Assembly: GCA_964508365.1 (NCBI GenBank)
Contig: CAZDTP010000055.1
Location: forward strand, 1-24,527
Source: an uncultured archaeon
GTDB lineage: Archaea > Asgardarchaeota > Lokiarchaeia > Sigyniarchaeales > SOKP01
Reading direction: 5' to 3'
DNA: 24,527 bases
The notes below the pieces were generated by a model that worked only from the letters and a program-made list of their open reading frames with translations, made no database searches and was not told the DNA's origin. Numbering within the stretch: the first letter of the stretch is position 1; each line of letters starts with the position of its first letter. A program made the translations under genes and the position numbers. Shown piece after piece: positions 16,723-24,527 of the stretch.

Positions 16723-18606
16723 TCAGTAAAACATAGCATCTAGTTTTTTTTTTAATTTTTGAGGTGGAAATTTAGGTTCTCGTTTAAAGGTGAGCAAACC
16801 ATTTATTTCTTGGTATTGATCGTAAAGTTCAGTATAACAAAATCCTTGAATCCATTCTTTTCTTGCGTCGAATTCTTTAAGTAGATCTAACACTCGTTCA
16901 AATAAGCTTTCAGAGTCTTTAATTAATCCACCATAACCCCATTTTTTTTCAATCTTTTCTTTGAAATCATAACCAAACCCTCCTATTTCACTGTAAATAA
17001 TAGGTTCGCCTTTATATTCGTATGGTTTTAAATATGTTTTCGGGACAGATGTTTTATGAGAATTAATTTCTTCTTCTATTGTTGCTGGTAAGAGATTAGA
17101 TGTGGAATAGAAATGGGTTGTAAACACATCATTATTCTCCGTATGCCACCATCCATCGTCATCTATTATTAATCGAGTCGGATCAATTGATTTTATTAAA
17201 AAATATAATGCTGATGCATAATGACCTCTTTTTGGGTCTTTTTCTGATCCAGAAACGCCCCATCCTTCGTTTATGGGTACCCAAGTAATAATCGAAGGAT
17301 GGTTGTAATCTCTCTCAATTTCAGCTACAAATTGGTTGATAAGTCTAAGTTCTGCTTTCACAGAGAAACGATAAGCATTACCAATTTCTCCCCATACCAA
17401 AACACCCATTTTATCGCACCAATATAAAAACCGGCCATCAAAGGCTTTTTGATGCGTTCTTAGCCCATTAAATCCAAAATCGACAATAAATTGAATATCC
17501 TTTTTAATATCATCATCAGAGGGAGGAGTATATAAACTATCTGGCCAATAACCTTGCACTAAAAACAATTTTTGGTATAAATCTTTACCGTTTAGCAAAA
17601 TCTTTCGGTTTTTGTATCCAGAATCTGATATTGATATTTTTCTCATACCGAAATAACTTGATACCTCATCATAAATCTCACCTGTTTTTTCATCTTGAAT
17701 TTTTAGCGATATGTCATATAAATTCGGATTATTTGTATCCCAAAGAAACAATTGATTGTCAGGTATTGTAACTTTGAATTTAAAACGATTTGGATTCTCA
17801 TGGAACATTTTCTTATGAAACATTTCAATCCTTTCTCTGAGTACTTTCTTATTCTTTCGTTGACCAATTTTCCCAACAAAATCTAAATTTAGTTTTTCTT
17901 GAGCCATAGTCTGATTGTTAAATAAAATCTCGATGAAAAGATATAATTCTGAAAAACCTATCCCATTAATATTAATTTCAAACATAATTTCAGATTTATC
18001 GATATCTGGAGTAGTTTTTAATTCGTCTATTTGAAACTTTGGAGATAAAAATTCCAACCAAACTGTTTGCCAAATACCTGATACTCTCGGATAAAAAATC
18101 GATTCAATTTCGCTTTTCCAGTACTGTTTACCTCGAGGAATCTCAAGATCTTGACTTGGATCTTCTACTCTGACAACTAAAACATTATTTTCTTCAAGAA
18201 AATTTGTAAGATCTAACGAAAATCCGATATATCCTCCTTCGTGAGAGCCTACATATTCACCATTCAAGTAAATCGAACTCCTATAATCAATAGCTCCAAA
18301 ATGTAGTTGGACCTTCTTATTTTTAAACTGTTTAGGGATTTCAAATACTCTTCTATACCATATAACTTCATGAAAAGATTTATCTTCTATTCCACTTAAT
18401 TTACTTTGAAAACAAAAAGGAACTATTATTTTTCTATCAAAATTCGTTGAGTTTTCTCTTTTATACCATCGTTCTTTTAATCCTATATCTGCATCGTCAA
18501 AACTAAAATCCCACTCTCCGTTAAGGTTAATCCAATTGCCTTCCCTTACAAATTGTGGTCTAGGGTATTCTGGTCTTGGTATGTTAGGTTTGCTGAAATT
18601 TTCCAT
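16723..18606 (-). CDS. Glycoside hydrolase family 2 (beta-galactosidase/beta-glucuronidase-like)
   Basis: 'PRPEYPRPQF', 'NLNGEWDF', 'LHFGAIDY', 'SGIWQTVWLE', 'HPSIITWVPINEGWG' (acid/base Glu) and 'IYSEIGG' (nucleophile). ATG 18606 is preferred. Confidence 0.93.
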   Translation of the reverse strand: MENFSKPNIPRPEYPRPQFVREGNWINLNGEWDFSFDDADIGLKERWYKRENSTNFDRKIIVPFCFQSKLSGIEDKSFHEVIWYRRVFEIPKQFKNKKVQLHFGAIDYRSSIYLNGEYVGSHEGGYIGFSLDLTNFLEENNVLVVRVEDPSQDLEIPRGKQYWKSEIESIFYPRVSGIWQTVWLEFLSPKFQIDELKTTPDIDKSEIMFEININGIGFSELYLFIEILFNNQTMAQEKLNLDFVGKIGQRKNKKVLRERIEMFHKKMFHENPNRFKFKVTIPDNQLFLWDTNNPNLYDISLKIQDEKTGEIYDEVSSYFGMRKISISDSGYKNRKILLNGKDLYQKLFLVQGYWPDSLYTPPSDDDIKKDIQFIVDFGFNGLRTHQKAFDGRFLYWCDKMGVLVWGEIGNAYRFSVKAELRLINQFVAEIERDYNHPSIITWVPINEGWGVSGSEKDPKRGHYASALYFLIKSIDPTRLIIDDDGWWHTENNDVFTTHFYSTSNLLPATIEEEINSHKTSVPKTYLKPYEYKGEPIIYSEIGGFGYDFKEKIEKKWGYGGLIKDSESLFERVLDLLKEFDARKEWIQGFCYTELYDQYQEINGLLTFKREPKFPPQKLKKKLDAMFY

Positions 18607-18696
18607 GAGAAACAAAAAAATATTATAAATAAAAAGTTATCCAAATTTAATATAACTATAAATATTAGAAGAAATTTTGATATAGGTTTTGTTGTA

Positions 18697-19161
18697 ATGA
18701 GTGAACTAAATCTGGGAAATTTGAAAATTAATCAGTTGGGATATATATACAAAGATATTAAAAAACAAGCTAAAATTTTAGAGGAAAAATTAAGTTTACC
18801 AAAATTTGCATATCTGGAAAATAAGCCAACCAAGTACAATTATCGTGGAAAAGAAACGACCGTCCAAACTATGATAGGTTTCAGTAGATCATTAAACGTC
18901 CAAATAGAATTAATACAACTTATAAAGGGCGAATGTATTTTTAAAGAATTTATCGATTCAGGTAGAGAAGGTCTCCATCACTTTGGTATATATGTAGAAG
19001 ATGTTGATACTATAGTGAAAGGATATATTGAAAGAGGATATTCGGTCGTTCATGAAGGAATTACTGCAGGTGTACAAAAAGTAGCGTATATTGACACTTA
19101 TGACGATTTTGGAGTATACCTTGAATTCCAGCAAGCACATAAAAAGAGAACTAAAAAATAA
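18697..19161 (+). CDS. VOC/glyoxalase-superfamily protein (methylmalonyl-CoA epimerase-like)
   Basis: 'INQLGYIYKD', 'QIELIQ', 'GLHHFGIYVED' and 'YLEFQ'. Start ATG 18697; the track start at 18553 overlaps the divergent GH2 gene. Confidence 0.85.
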   Translation: MSELNLGNLKINQLGYIYKDIKKQAKILEEKLSLPKFAYLENKPTKYNYRGKETTVQTMIGFSRSLNVQIELIQLIKGECIFKEFIDSGREGLHHFGIYVEDVDTIVKGYIERGYSVVHEGITAGVQKVAYIDTYDDFGVYLEFQQAHKKRTKK

Positions 19162-19175
19162 ACTTCTACAAGTTA

Positions 19176-20228
19176 TTGATTAATATGAATTCATTAGAAT
19201 TAACTCTTTCAGCGATAAAAAGCACACCGGAAAAAATCCCATTCAATCCCTTTATAATGCATTTAGCAGCATCTTTTTTAGGAGTTGATTACAACCACGA
19301 ATATTGTCAAAAACCAGATATTTTAGCAAATGCACAGATAAAATGTGCTAACTTTTTTGGTATTGATCATGTTAATGTCTCTACAGACGCATATCGTGAG
19401 GCTAACGCGTGGGGGGTAGAGATTGAGTGGTCTAGTCATACTCCAGTAGCTAAATCACATTTAACGATTTCTGAATTTGATTCAATCGAGGACCCTGACT
19501 TACTTTCTAATCAGAGAATAATCCATAGAGTGAATGCTGTAAAAGCATTATCTGAGAAAGTGGGTGGAGAACAATGCATCGTAGGTTGGATTGAAGCTCC
19601 TTTTGCTGAAATTTGCTGTTTATTTGATTTAGTCAATGTGTTAATGATATGTCGTAATGACGATTGGGATAAAAAAATTACATCGCTCATCAATAGAGTC
19701 TTACCAATCCAAAAAGAGTTTGCTAAGTTACAAATTGAGGCAGGAGCTCATATTATTGGAGCTGGAGATTCGGCTATCTCACAAATTGGACCATATAGAT
19801 ATGAAAAATGTTGCTTAAAGGCAACGAAAAACCTTTTTGATGTAATCCAAAATGATGTTCCCGTCTTGTATCATATTTGTGGTGATAATAGTATGATTGA
19901 CAAAGAAGGTAGAGACATGCTAAAATTAGTATCAAGTACAAATGCAGCAATTTTAGATTTAGATTATCAAGTAGATTTAAAACTAGCCAAAGAAAAAATT
20001 GGAAAAAATAATTGCATTAGAGGAAATACTAATACTCAGGTTCTAGGAAGTCAAACCTATTCAATTAGTGATGTAAGCAGTGAAATTGAAAAAACAATTG
20101 AATCAGGAAAACCTGGGGGTATGTACCAATATGCAGCAGGATGTGAATGGCCCTGGGAACCGTTATCTATGGCAAGTAGAAATTTAGGGATTGCTAAAAC
20201 ATTAGTCGAGAAATTAGGAAAGTATTAG
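19176..20228 (+). CDS. Uroporphyrinogen decarboxylase-fold protein, MtaA/CmuA corrinoid methyltransferase-like
   Basis: 'VGWIEAPF', 'AGAHIIGAGD', Zn-ligand motif 'YHICG' and distal 'AGCE'. No HemE 'RQAGR' motif. Confidence 0.82.
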   Translation: MINMNSLELTLSAIKSTPEKIPFNPFIMHLAASFLGVDYNHEYCQKPDILANAQIKCANFFGIDHVNVSTDAYREANAWGVEIEWSSHTPVAKSHLTISEFDSIEDPDLLSNQRIIHRVNAVKALSEKVGGEQCIVGWIEAPFAEICCLFDLVNVLMICRNDDWDKKITSLINRVLPIQKEFAKLQIEAGAHIIGAGDSAISQIGPYRYEKCCLKATKNLFDVIQNDVPVLYHICGDNSMIDKEGRDMLKLVSSTNAAILDLDYQVDLKLAKEKIGKNNCIRGNTNTQVLGSQTYSISDVSSEIEKTIESGKPGGMYQYAAGCEWPWEPLSMASRNLGIAKTLVEKLGKY

Positions 20229-20293
20229 AATTGAAATTTAGAGATAATTTTATAAATATTTAAGTTAATTTCTTTAAATATTAAAGAAGAGAA

Positions 20294-21265
20294 TTGATTA
20301 GATTGAAAATCGATATTGAGGTTTTAAAAAAACTAGAACGATCAATAGATACTTATAATCCAGAAAATGGGGAAGTGCCTATAAAAATACTGGGTTTTGG
20401 TGAAATAAGTTTAGTATTTGAGTTATTAAACGATGTAGAACCTATAGCCTATAAGAGAATTCCTATTTTTGACAATGAAAAGCAGGTTAAACGCCATATA
20501 TGGGCATATAACGAGTATAATAGAATTTTAAACCAAGATGTAGGATTGAATCTTCCTAAATATGATGTAGCATGGTTTAAAGACGACGAAGATAAGATTC
20601 AATTTTATTGTATACAAGAAAAAATCTCAGCAGAATCAGTAGGGAACCGAGTAATACATCAAGTAAATGACGAGGATATAGAAACTTTGATTCTACTAGC
20701 AATGAGAGAAATGAAAAAAGTATGGGAATATAGTAAGAACCATGAAACAATTGATTTAGGATTAGATGGCCAAATCTCTAATTTCGCGTTAATTGGATAC
20801 GATCCAAACAATCCCAAAATCGATATGAATACAAAATTAACTTATATTGACACTTCAACTCCAATGTTTAGAAAAAATGGTATAGAAGCAATGGATGCAG
20901 AGTTATTCTTAAAGAGTACTCCGTCTTTTTTGAGGTTTCTCGTAAAAGCAGCGTTTCTGGACGAAGTCGTAGATCGCTATTACGATTGGCGTTTAGTGAC
21001 TATCGATTTAATCGCAAATTTTTTTAAGGAACAAAAGCCCGAATTAATCCCAGGGATTATTCGAAAAGTGAACGATTTTTTTGCCAACGAAGCTTCAGAT
21101 TTCGAAATAGAACCAATTACTTTCTTGGAAGTTCAAAAATACTACAAGAACGACAAAATGATTTGGGTAATTTTTCAAAATGCGAGAAAAATCGATCGAT
21201 TTATAAAAACTAAACTCTTTAAGAAAAGGTACGATTTTTACCTACCAGAAAAAATCAAAAGATAG
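20294..21265 (+). CDS. DUF6206-like protein with protein-kinase-like motifs
   Basis: 'ILGFGEISLV' (Gly loop), 'AYKR' (catalytic Lys), 'GLDGQISNF' (catalytic loop) and 'YIDTSTP' (DFG-like). The C-terminal 'YLPEKIKR' matches my recollection of DUF6206. Confidence 0.65.
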   Translation: MIRLKIDIEVLKKLERSIDTYNPENGEVPIKILGFGEISLVFELLNDVEPIAYKRIPIFDNEKQVKRHIWAYNEYNRILNQDVGLNLPKYDVAWFKDDEDKIQFYCIQEKISAESVGNRVIHQVNDEDIETLILLAMREMKKVWEYSKNHETIDLGLDGQISNFALIGYDPNNPKIDMNTKLTYIDTSTPMFRKNGIEAMDAELFLKSTPSFLRFLVKAAFLDEVVDRYYDWRLVTIDLIANFFKEQKPELIPGIIRKVNDFFANEASDFEIEPITFLEVQKYYKNDKMIWVIFQNARKIDRFIKTKLFKKRYDFYLPEKIKR

Positions 21266-21294
21266 AAAGATCAAACGTGATTAAGGATACTACC

Positions 21295-21867
21295 ATGATA
21301 AGGGCATTCATTGCCATCGAATTAAAAAATAAAAATACCATTGAAAACATTAACTCGTTTTCATTACGTTTAAAACAAATTCAGACTAAAATAAAACTGG
21401 TTAAACCAGAAAACCTTCACATGACTGTGAAATTTTTAGGAAACATCTCTGAATCCTTAGCACCACAGATTTATGGTATTTTAATGCAAGAAATAAACGA
21501 AGATATGTTTAAAGGAAACAATTTCAATTATAAATTGAAAGGCGTTGGTCAGTTTAACAAATTCTCAGTAATTTGGGTAAAGATGATAGGAAATACCCAG
21601 TTTTTACAACAAGTAAAAAATTCTATTGAAAATATCCTATTTGAGAGATTGAATATTCCAAGAGATAAACGAACACAATTTAAACCACATTTGACAACTG
21701 GAAGGCTAAAAAAAGACAAAATAAATTATCAAAATTTTAGTGCTTTAAAAAACTTAATCAATGAGAATAAAAATTTAGAATTTGGACCTTTTACTGTCGA
21801 TCAAGTAAAATTAAAAAAATCTGATCTAACACCTAAGGGACCACTTTACTCCGATTTGGTATACTAA
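21295..21867 (+). CDS. thpR: RNA 2',3'-cyclic phosphodiesterase (2H phosphoesterase, LigT/ThpR family)
   Basis: 'RAFIAIEL' N-terminus and two HxT motifs, 'LHMTVKFLG' and 'PHLTTGR'. ATG 21295 (track start GTG 21277). Confidence 0.92.
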   Translation: MIRAFIAIELKNKNTIENINSFSLRLKQIQTKIKLVKPENLHMTVKFLGNISESLAPQIYGILMQEINEDMFKGNNFNYKLKGVGQFNKFSVIWVKMIGNTQFLQQVKNSIENILFERLNIPRDKRTQFKPHLTTGRLKKDKINYQNFSALKNLINENKNLEFGPFTVDQVKLKKSDLTPKGPLYSDLVY

Positions 21868-22563
21868 ATGAATAAAAAACCGATTAAAGCAATAGTTTGG
21901 GATCTCGATGGCACTTTAATTCATTTTAAAATTAACTCGATTAAAGCTCGAAGGAAAGCGATAAAAATTTTAAGGAATTATAGCGTTCCTAAAAAAGAAT
22001 TATCCATTGATATGTCTATTCTAGAAACAATTAAAATCTCTAAACAATTTTTTATCGAATTTGGATTTTCACCTGAAAAAATTAAAAAAATTACTGAGGA
22101 AGTCAACAAAGCAATAATTGAAGTTGAATATGAAGCTGCGCTTGGAGCTACATTAATAGAGGGGATAGCTGAAGTATTAGAATTTGCCCATAAAAAAAAC
22201 CTTAAACAAGCGATCTTCACATACAACACTCATAATAACGCGATAACTTCTTTAAAGATAGCAGGAATTACACACTACTTTGATGTTATTGCTGGTCGCG
22301 ACGATATTAAAAACCTTAAACCACACCCAGATCACCTAAAATATGTGTGCGAAAAGATAAATGTGCAATTAGACGAAATAGTTATTATTGGTGACACCGG
22401 ACGGGATATCGAAGCTGCGTTATTGACTAATTCTAGATCCATCGCTTTAAATACTAAAATCCCTAGCTTTATTAAGAGAGAAGAGTTTAAAAAAGCAGAT
22501 AAAATAATACAACAAGACGAGTTACCACATGAATTAATAAAAACTCTTGAAGATTTTTTCTAA
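21868..22563 (+). CDS. HAD-superfamily hydrolase (phosphoglycolate phosphatase-like, subfamily IA)
   Basis: Motif I 'WDLDGTL', motif II 'FTYN', motif III 'KPHP' and motif IV 'IGDTGRD'. Abuts the thpR stop. Confidence 0.9.
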   Translation: MNKKPIKAIVWDLDGTLIHFKINSIKARRKAIKILRNYSVPKKELSIDMSILETIKISKQFFIEFGFSPEKIKKITEEVNKAIIEVEYEAALGATLIEGIAEVLEFAHKKNLKQAIFTYNTHNNAITSLKIAGITHYFDVIAGRDDIKNLKPHPDHLKYVCEKINVQLDEIVIIGDTGRDIEAALLTNSRSIALNTKIPSFIKREEFKKADKIIQQDELPHELIKTLEDFF

Positions 22564-22665
22564 TAAATATAATAAAAATAAATTATATATACCATTTAAT
22601 CAATTATTGAAATAATTTCCATCAAATTATCAAAATATAATTCAAAAAAGGTTTAAATTTAAATA

Positions 22666-22926
22666 ATGGGTCGAATAGAATTTGACTTAGATGTCTTAAA
22701 ACCACACATTCCGTCTAATTACGGGGTTGCTCAAACATTAAATAAGATCCCTGGTGTTTTGTTTGTCCAGATTAAAACAGATGAGATTGATCAAAAAACA
22801 ACATCCGTATTTATAACAATTCAAGGTACTGATGATCTATCACTTGAAGCTATTAAAGAAGCATTAGAAAGCATGAATTGTGCTTTACATAGCGTCGATC
22901 GAGTGCAGATTGATAAACGCACTTAA
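22666..22926 (+). CDS. DUF211-family small archaeal protein
   Basis: 'LDVLKPH.P', 'EID..T....ITIQG' and 'LHSVD.V' match the DUF211 pattern. Confidence 0.8.
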   Translation: MGRIEFDLDVLKPHIPSNYGVAQTLNKIPGVLFVQIKTDEIDQKTTSVFITIQGTDDLSLEAIKEALESMNCALHSVDRVQIDKRT

Positions 22927-22977
22927 ATATTTATTTCCAATTTTTTTTATTTTATCCAATTAACGCAATTAGCGAAA

Positions 22978-23304
22978 ATGTCGTTGCCAAATGCTCCAAA
23001 CGTGATAAAAGACTATGCTTTAATGAATTATTTGATTACAAATAGAGGGACCGGATATACCGCTTGTCAGCCTCAACTTGTCGAACTTGAGAATGGTAAA
23101 CAAGCAATTAAAATGAATATTGATAATACTTTTATAGATAAGGATAATAAACTGATGGGCTTGGGGATTATTGGGACACTTTATATAGATGTTGAGTCTT
23201 TGCAAGTTATGTATTGTTCCTCGTCAGAACAACTCGTTAAAAATATAGAAAAACTAAAGAACGCTGGCATTCAGCCCCAAGCTAGACCGAAAGGCAAATA
23301 TTAA
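22978..23304 (+). CDS. Hypothetical protein (108 aa)
   Basis: Clean ATG-start ORF on the same strand as its neighbours, filling an otherwise empty gap. No family recognised. Confidence 0.7.
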   Translation: MSLPNAPNVIKDYALMNYLITNRGTGYTACQPQLVELENGKQAIKMNIDNTFIDKDNKLMGLGIIGTLYIDVESLQVMYCSSSEQLVKNIEKLKNAGIQPQARPKGKY

Positions 23305-23426
23305 GAATTATCGCAAAGGTTATTCTTTTTTGAAAGTTAAAACTTCCTGAATTTAGTTTCATTAATAAAGCAATTAAACCCATAAAAAATATATGGTTTG
23401 TATATAAACATTGAATAAGAATCATA

Positions 23427-23957
23427 ATGACAGATAGCGCGAATAATATAAAAGATCTAATTCAAGATTATTTGCTTGATGAAGGGCTTTTAAGAAACAA
23501 AATTTCGAACGATGAAAAAAAACTTGAGTTTGGTTTTCAATTTGTATTCCCACCAGGGCCTATCGCGCAAAATATGGTTGTGATAAAACCAAAAAATAAA
23601 GATTTAATTATTATTTCTAATCCAATTCAAATCTCTCCCCAACAAGTTGAAGCTTTGAACTCGTTAGAAGATAATAGAAAAATATTCTTCTTCATGGATA
23701 TCAGAAAATTTTTCCTCGTAAAAGATGTTTTTTTTAGAATAGATACTCAAAAATTCAGATATGAAATAAGCGATCAGATGTTTCTTAAAAAAGACGGGAC
23801 TATCTCGAAAAATTCCTTTTTCAAGAGTATTAGGAAAGTTTTTACGTGTTCTGCTTATTCAAATATGCTCCTTAACGAATACTGTTCAGGAAAGATAAGA
23901 CCAGAAGATATGGCTAAATCTAAGGATTTCACTTCAGATTTTTCGTTATATTCATAA
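23427..23957 (+). CDS. DUF2299-family protein
   Basis: 'IQDYLLDEG', 'FVFPPG...VVIKPKNKDLIII' and 'ISPQQVEALNSL' resemble archaeal DUF2299 (YbjN-like). Confidence 0.65.
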   Translation: MTDSANNIKDLIQDYLLDEGLLRNKISNDEKKLEFGFQFVFPPGPIAQNMVVIKPKNKDLIIISNPIQISPQQVEALNSLEDNRKIFFFMDIRKFFLVKDVFFRIDTQKFRYEISDQMFLKKDGTISKNSFFKSIRKVFTCSAYSNMLLNEYCSGKIRPEDMAKSKDFTSDFSLYS

Positions 23958-23970
23958 TTAAATACTAAGA

Positions 23971-24504
23971 GTGAGTAGAATTAATTTTGACAAATGGTTA
24001 CAAGCCTTAGGAAAACTAGATTATGTTCAGGGAAAAGATAAACCTGATGTAGAGTGTATACTATGTTCAGTCAAGGAAAACGACGACAATGTAGTTTCTT
24101 TAAAAATTTACGAAGATGAGATTTGTTTTGTTACATTAAACCTTTATCCTTTCAACCCTGGACACCTTATGTGCGTTCCAAATAGACATATTACAAAATA
24201 TACCGAATTAACGAAAAAAGAACTTTTGCATTTAAATAGAGCGATTCAGGGTTTGCAACTATTACTCGATGATTTGTATAACCCAAAAGGTTATAACATT
24301 GGAATAAATCAAGGAAATTATGCGGGGGCAAGTATAGACCATCTACATTTCCATGTAGTTCCAAGATATGGCACAGAGTTAGGATTTATTGATATAGTCG
24401 GAAACACAAGAGTCCTCCCCGAAGGTTTAGATTCCGTGAAGAAAAAGCTAACTCAAAATGTTAATAAATTTTTAAATAAAGAATTTTTTGAAGACTTCAA
24501 GTAA
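23971..24504 (+). CDS. HIT-family nucleotide hydrolase (Ap4A phosphorylase / Fhit-like)
   Basis: 'CILC', 'LNLYPFNPGHLMCVP', 'GYNIGINQG..AGAS' and the histidine triad 'HLHFHVVPR'. Confidence 0.93.
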   Translation: MSRINFDKWLQALGKLDYVQGKDKPDVECILCSVKENDDNVVSLKIYEDEICFVTLNLYPFNPGHLMCVPNRHITKYTELTKKELLHLNRAIQGLQLLLDDLYNPKGYNIGINQGNYAGASIDHLHFHVVPRYGTELGFIDIVGNTRVLPEGLDSVKKKLTQNVNKFLNKEFFEDFK

Positions 24505-24527
24505 AGGGCGCTCTTTAAAACAAATTA

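Noticed and set aside
18553-18696. N-terminal extension of the VOC ORF in the track
   Set aside because: It overlaps the divergent GH2 start and promoter region; the family-like sequence begins at ATG 18697.
19176-20228. Annotation as true uroporphyrinogen decarboxylase (hemE)
   Set aside because: It lacks the N-terminal RQAGR substrate motif and has HxC...C zinc ligands of the MtaA/CmuA type.
833-23205. Short antisense or overlapping ORFs in the track (for example 833-1039, 2451-2717, 2479-2730, 2878-3114, 3957-4319, 6629-6826, 8177-8416, 8491-8703, 8552-8806, 8890-9090, 9033-9263, 9429-9722, 11214-11399, 13111-13344, 13963-14175, 14785-15054, 18958-19140, 19511-19693, 21978-22229, 23020-23205)
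   Set aside because: They lie wholly or largely within well-supported genes, mostly on the opposite strand, and have no motifs; they are typical shadow ORFs.
1-24527. CRISPR arrays, rRNA, IS elements and long tandem DNA repeats
   Set aside because: None seen by eye; the heptad periodicity in the coiled-coil gene is at protein level, without exact DNA repeats.

Overview
An AT-rich, gene-dense archaeal chromosome segment, most likely from an Asgard archaeon (Lokiarchaeia-like). This rests on an eS25-like ribosomal protein, an intron-containing tRNA-Ser(CGA) without encoded CCA, a Rag/Arf-like small GTPase with a C-terminal extension, a MoaD/SAMP-type ubiquitin-like protein, DUF211/DUF2299 proteins and GGTGA-type ribosome-binding motifs. 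It holds 26 supportable CDSs and one tRNA; I saw no mobile element, CRISPR array or rRNA. Much of the window is ordinary metabolism: two tandem GPH/MelB-type MFS transporters, ADP-forming acyl-CoA synthetase alpha subunit, a beta-hydroxyacid dehydrogenase, a PLP aminotransferase, an Fe-S protein, a GH2 glycosidase, VOC, an MtaA-like methyltransferase, a HAD hydrolase and a HIT protein. The most unusual part is a tightly coupled minus-strand operon (3257-7704). It encodes two membrane-anchored left-handed beta-helix proteins (one with and one without the conserved His), a tandem metallophosphoesterase with one intact and one degenerate domain, and a ThiI homolog whose PP-loop is lost, with a ubiquitin-like gene just downstream. 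Also notable: a PfkB pseudokinase, a long coiled-coil/zinc-ribbon protein whose frame extends upstream to a probable AUU start, a tRNA intron with a mismatched bulge-helix-bulge, and a kinase-like DUF6206 + 2H phosphodiesterase + HAD operon. All family calls come from motif recognition by eye; no database search was run.
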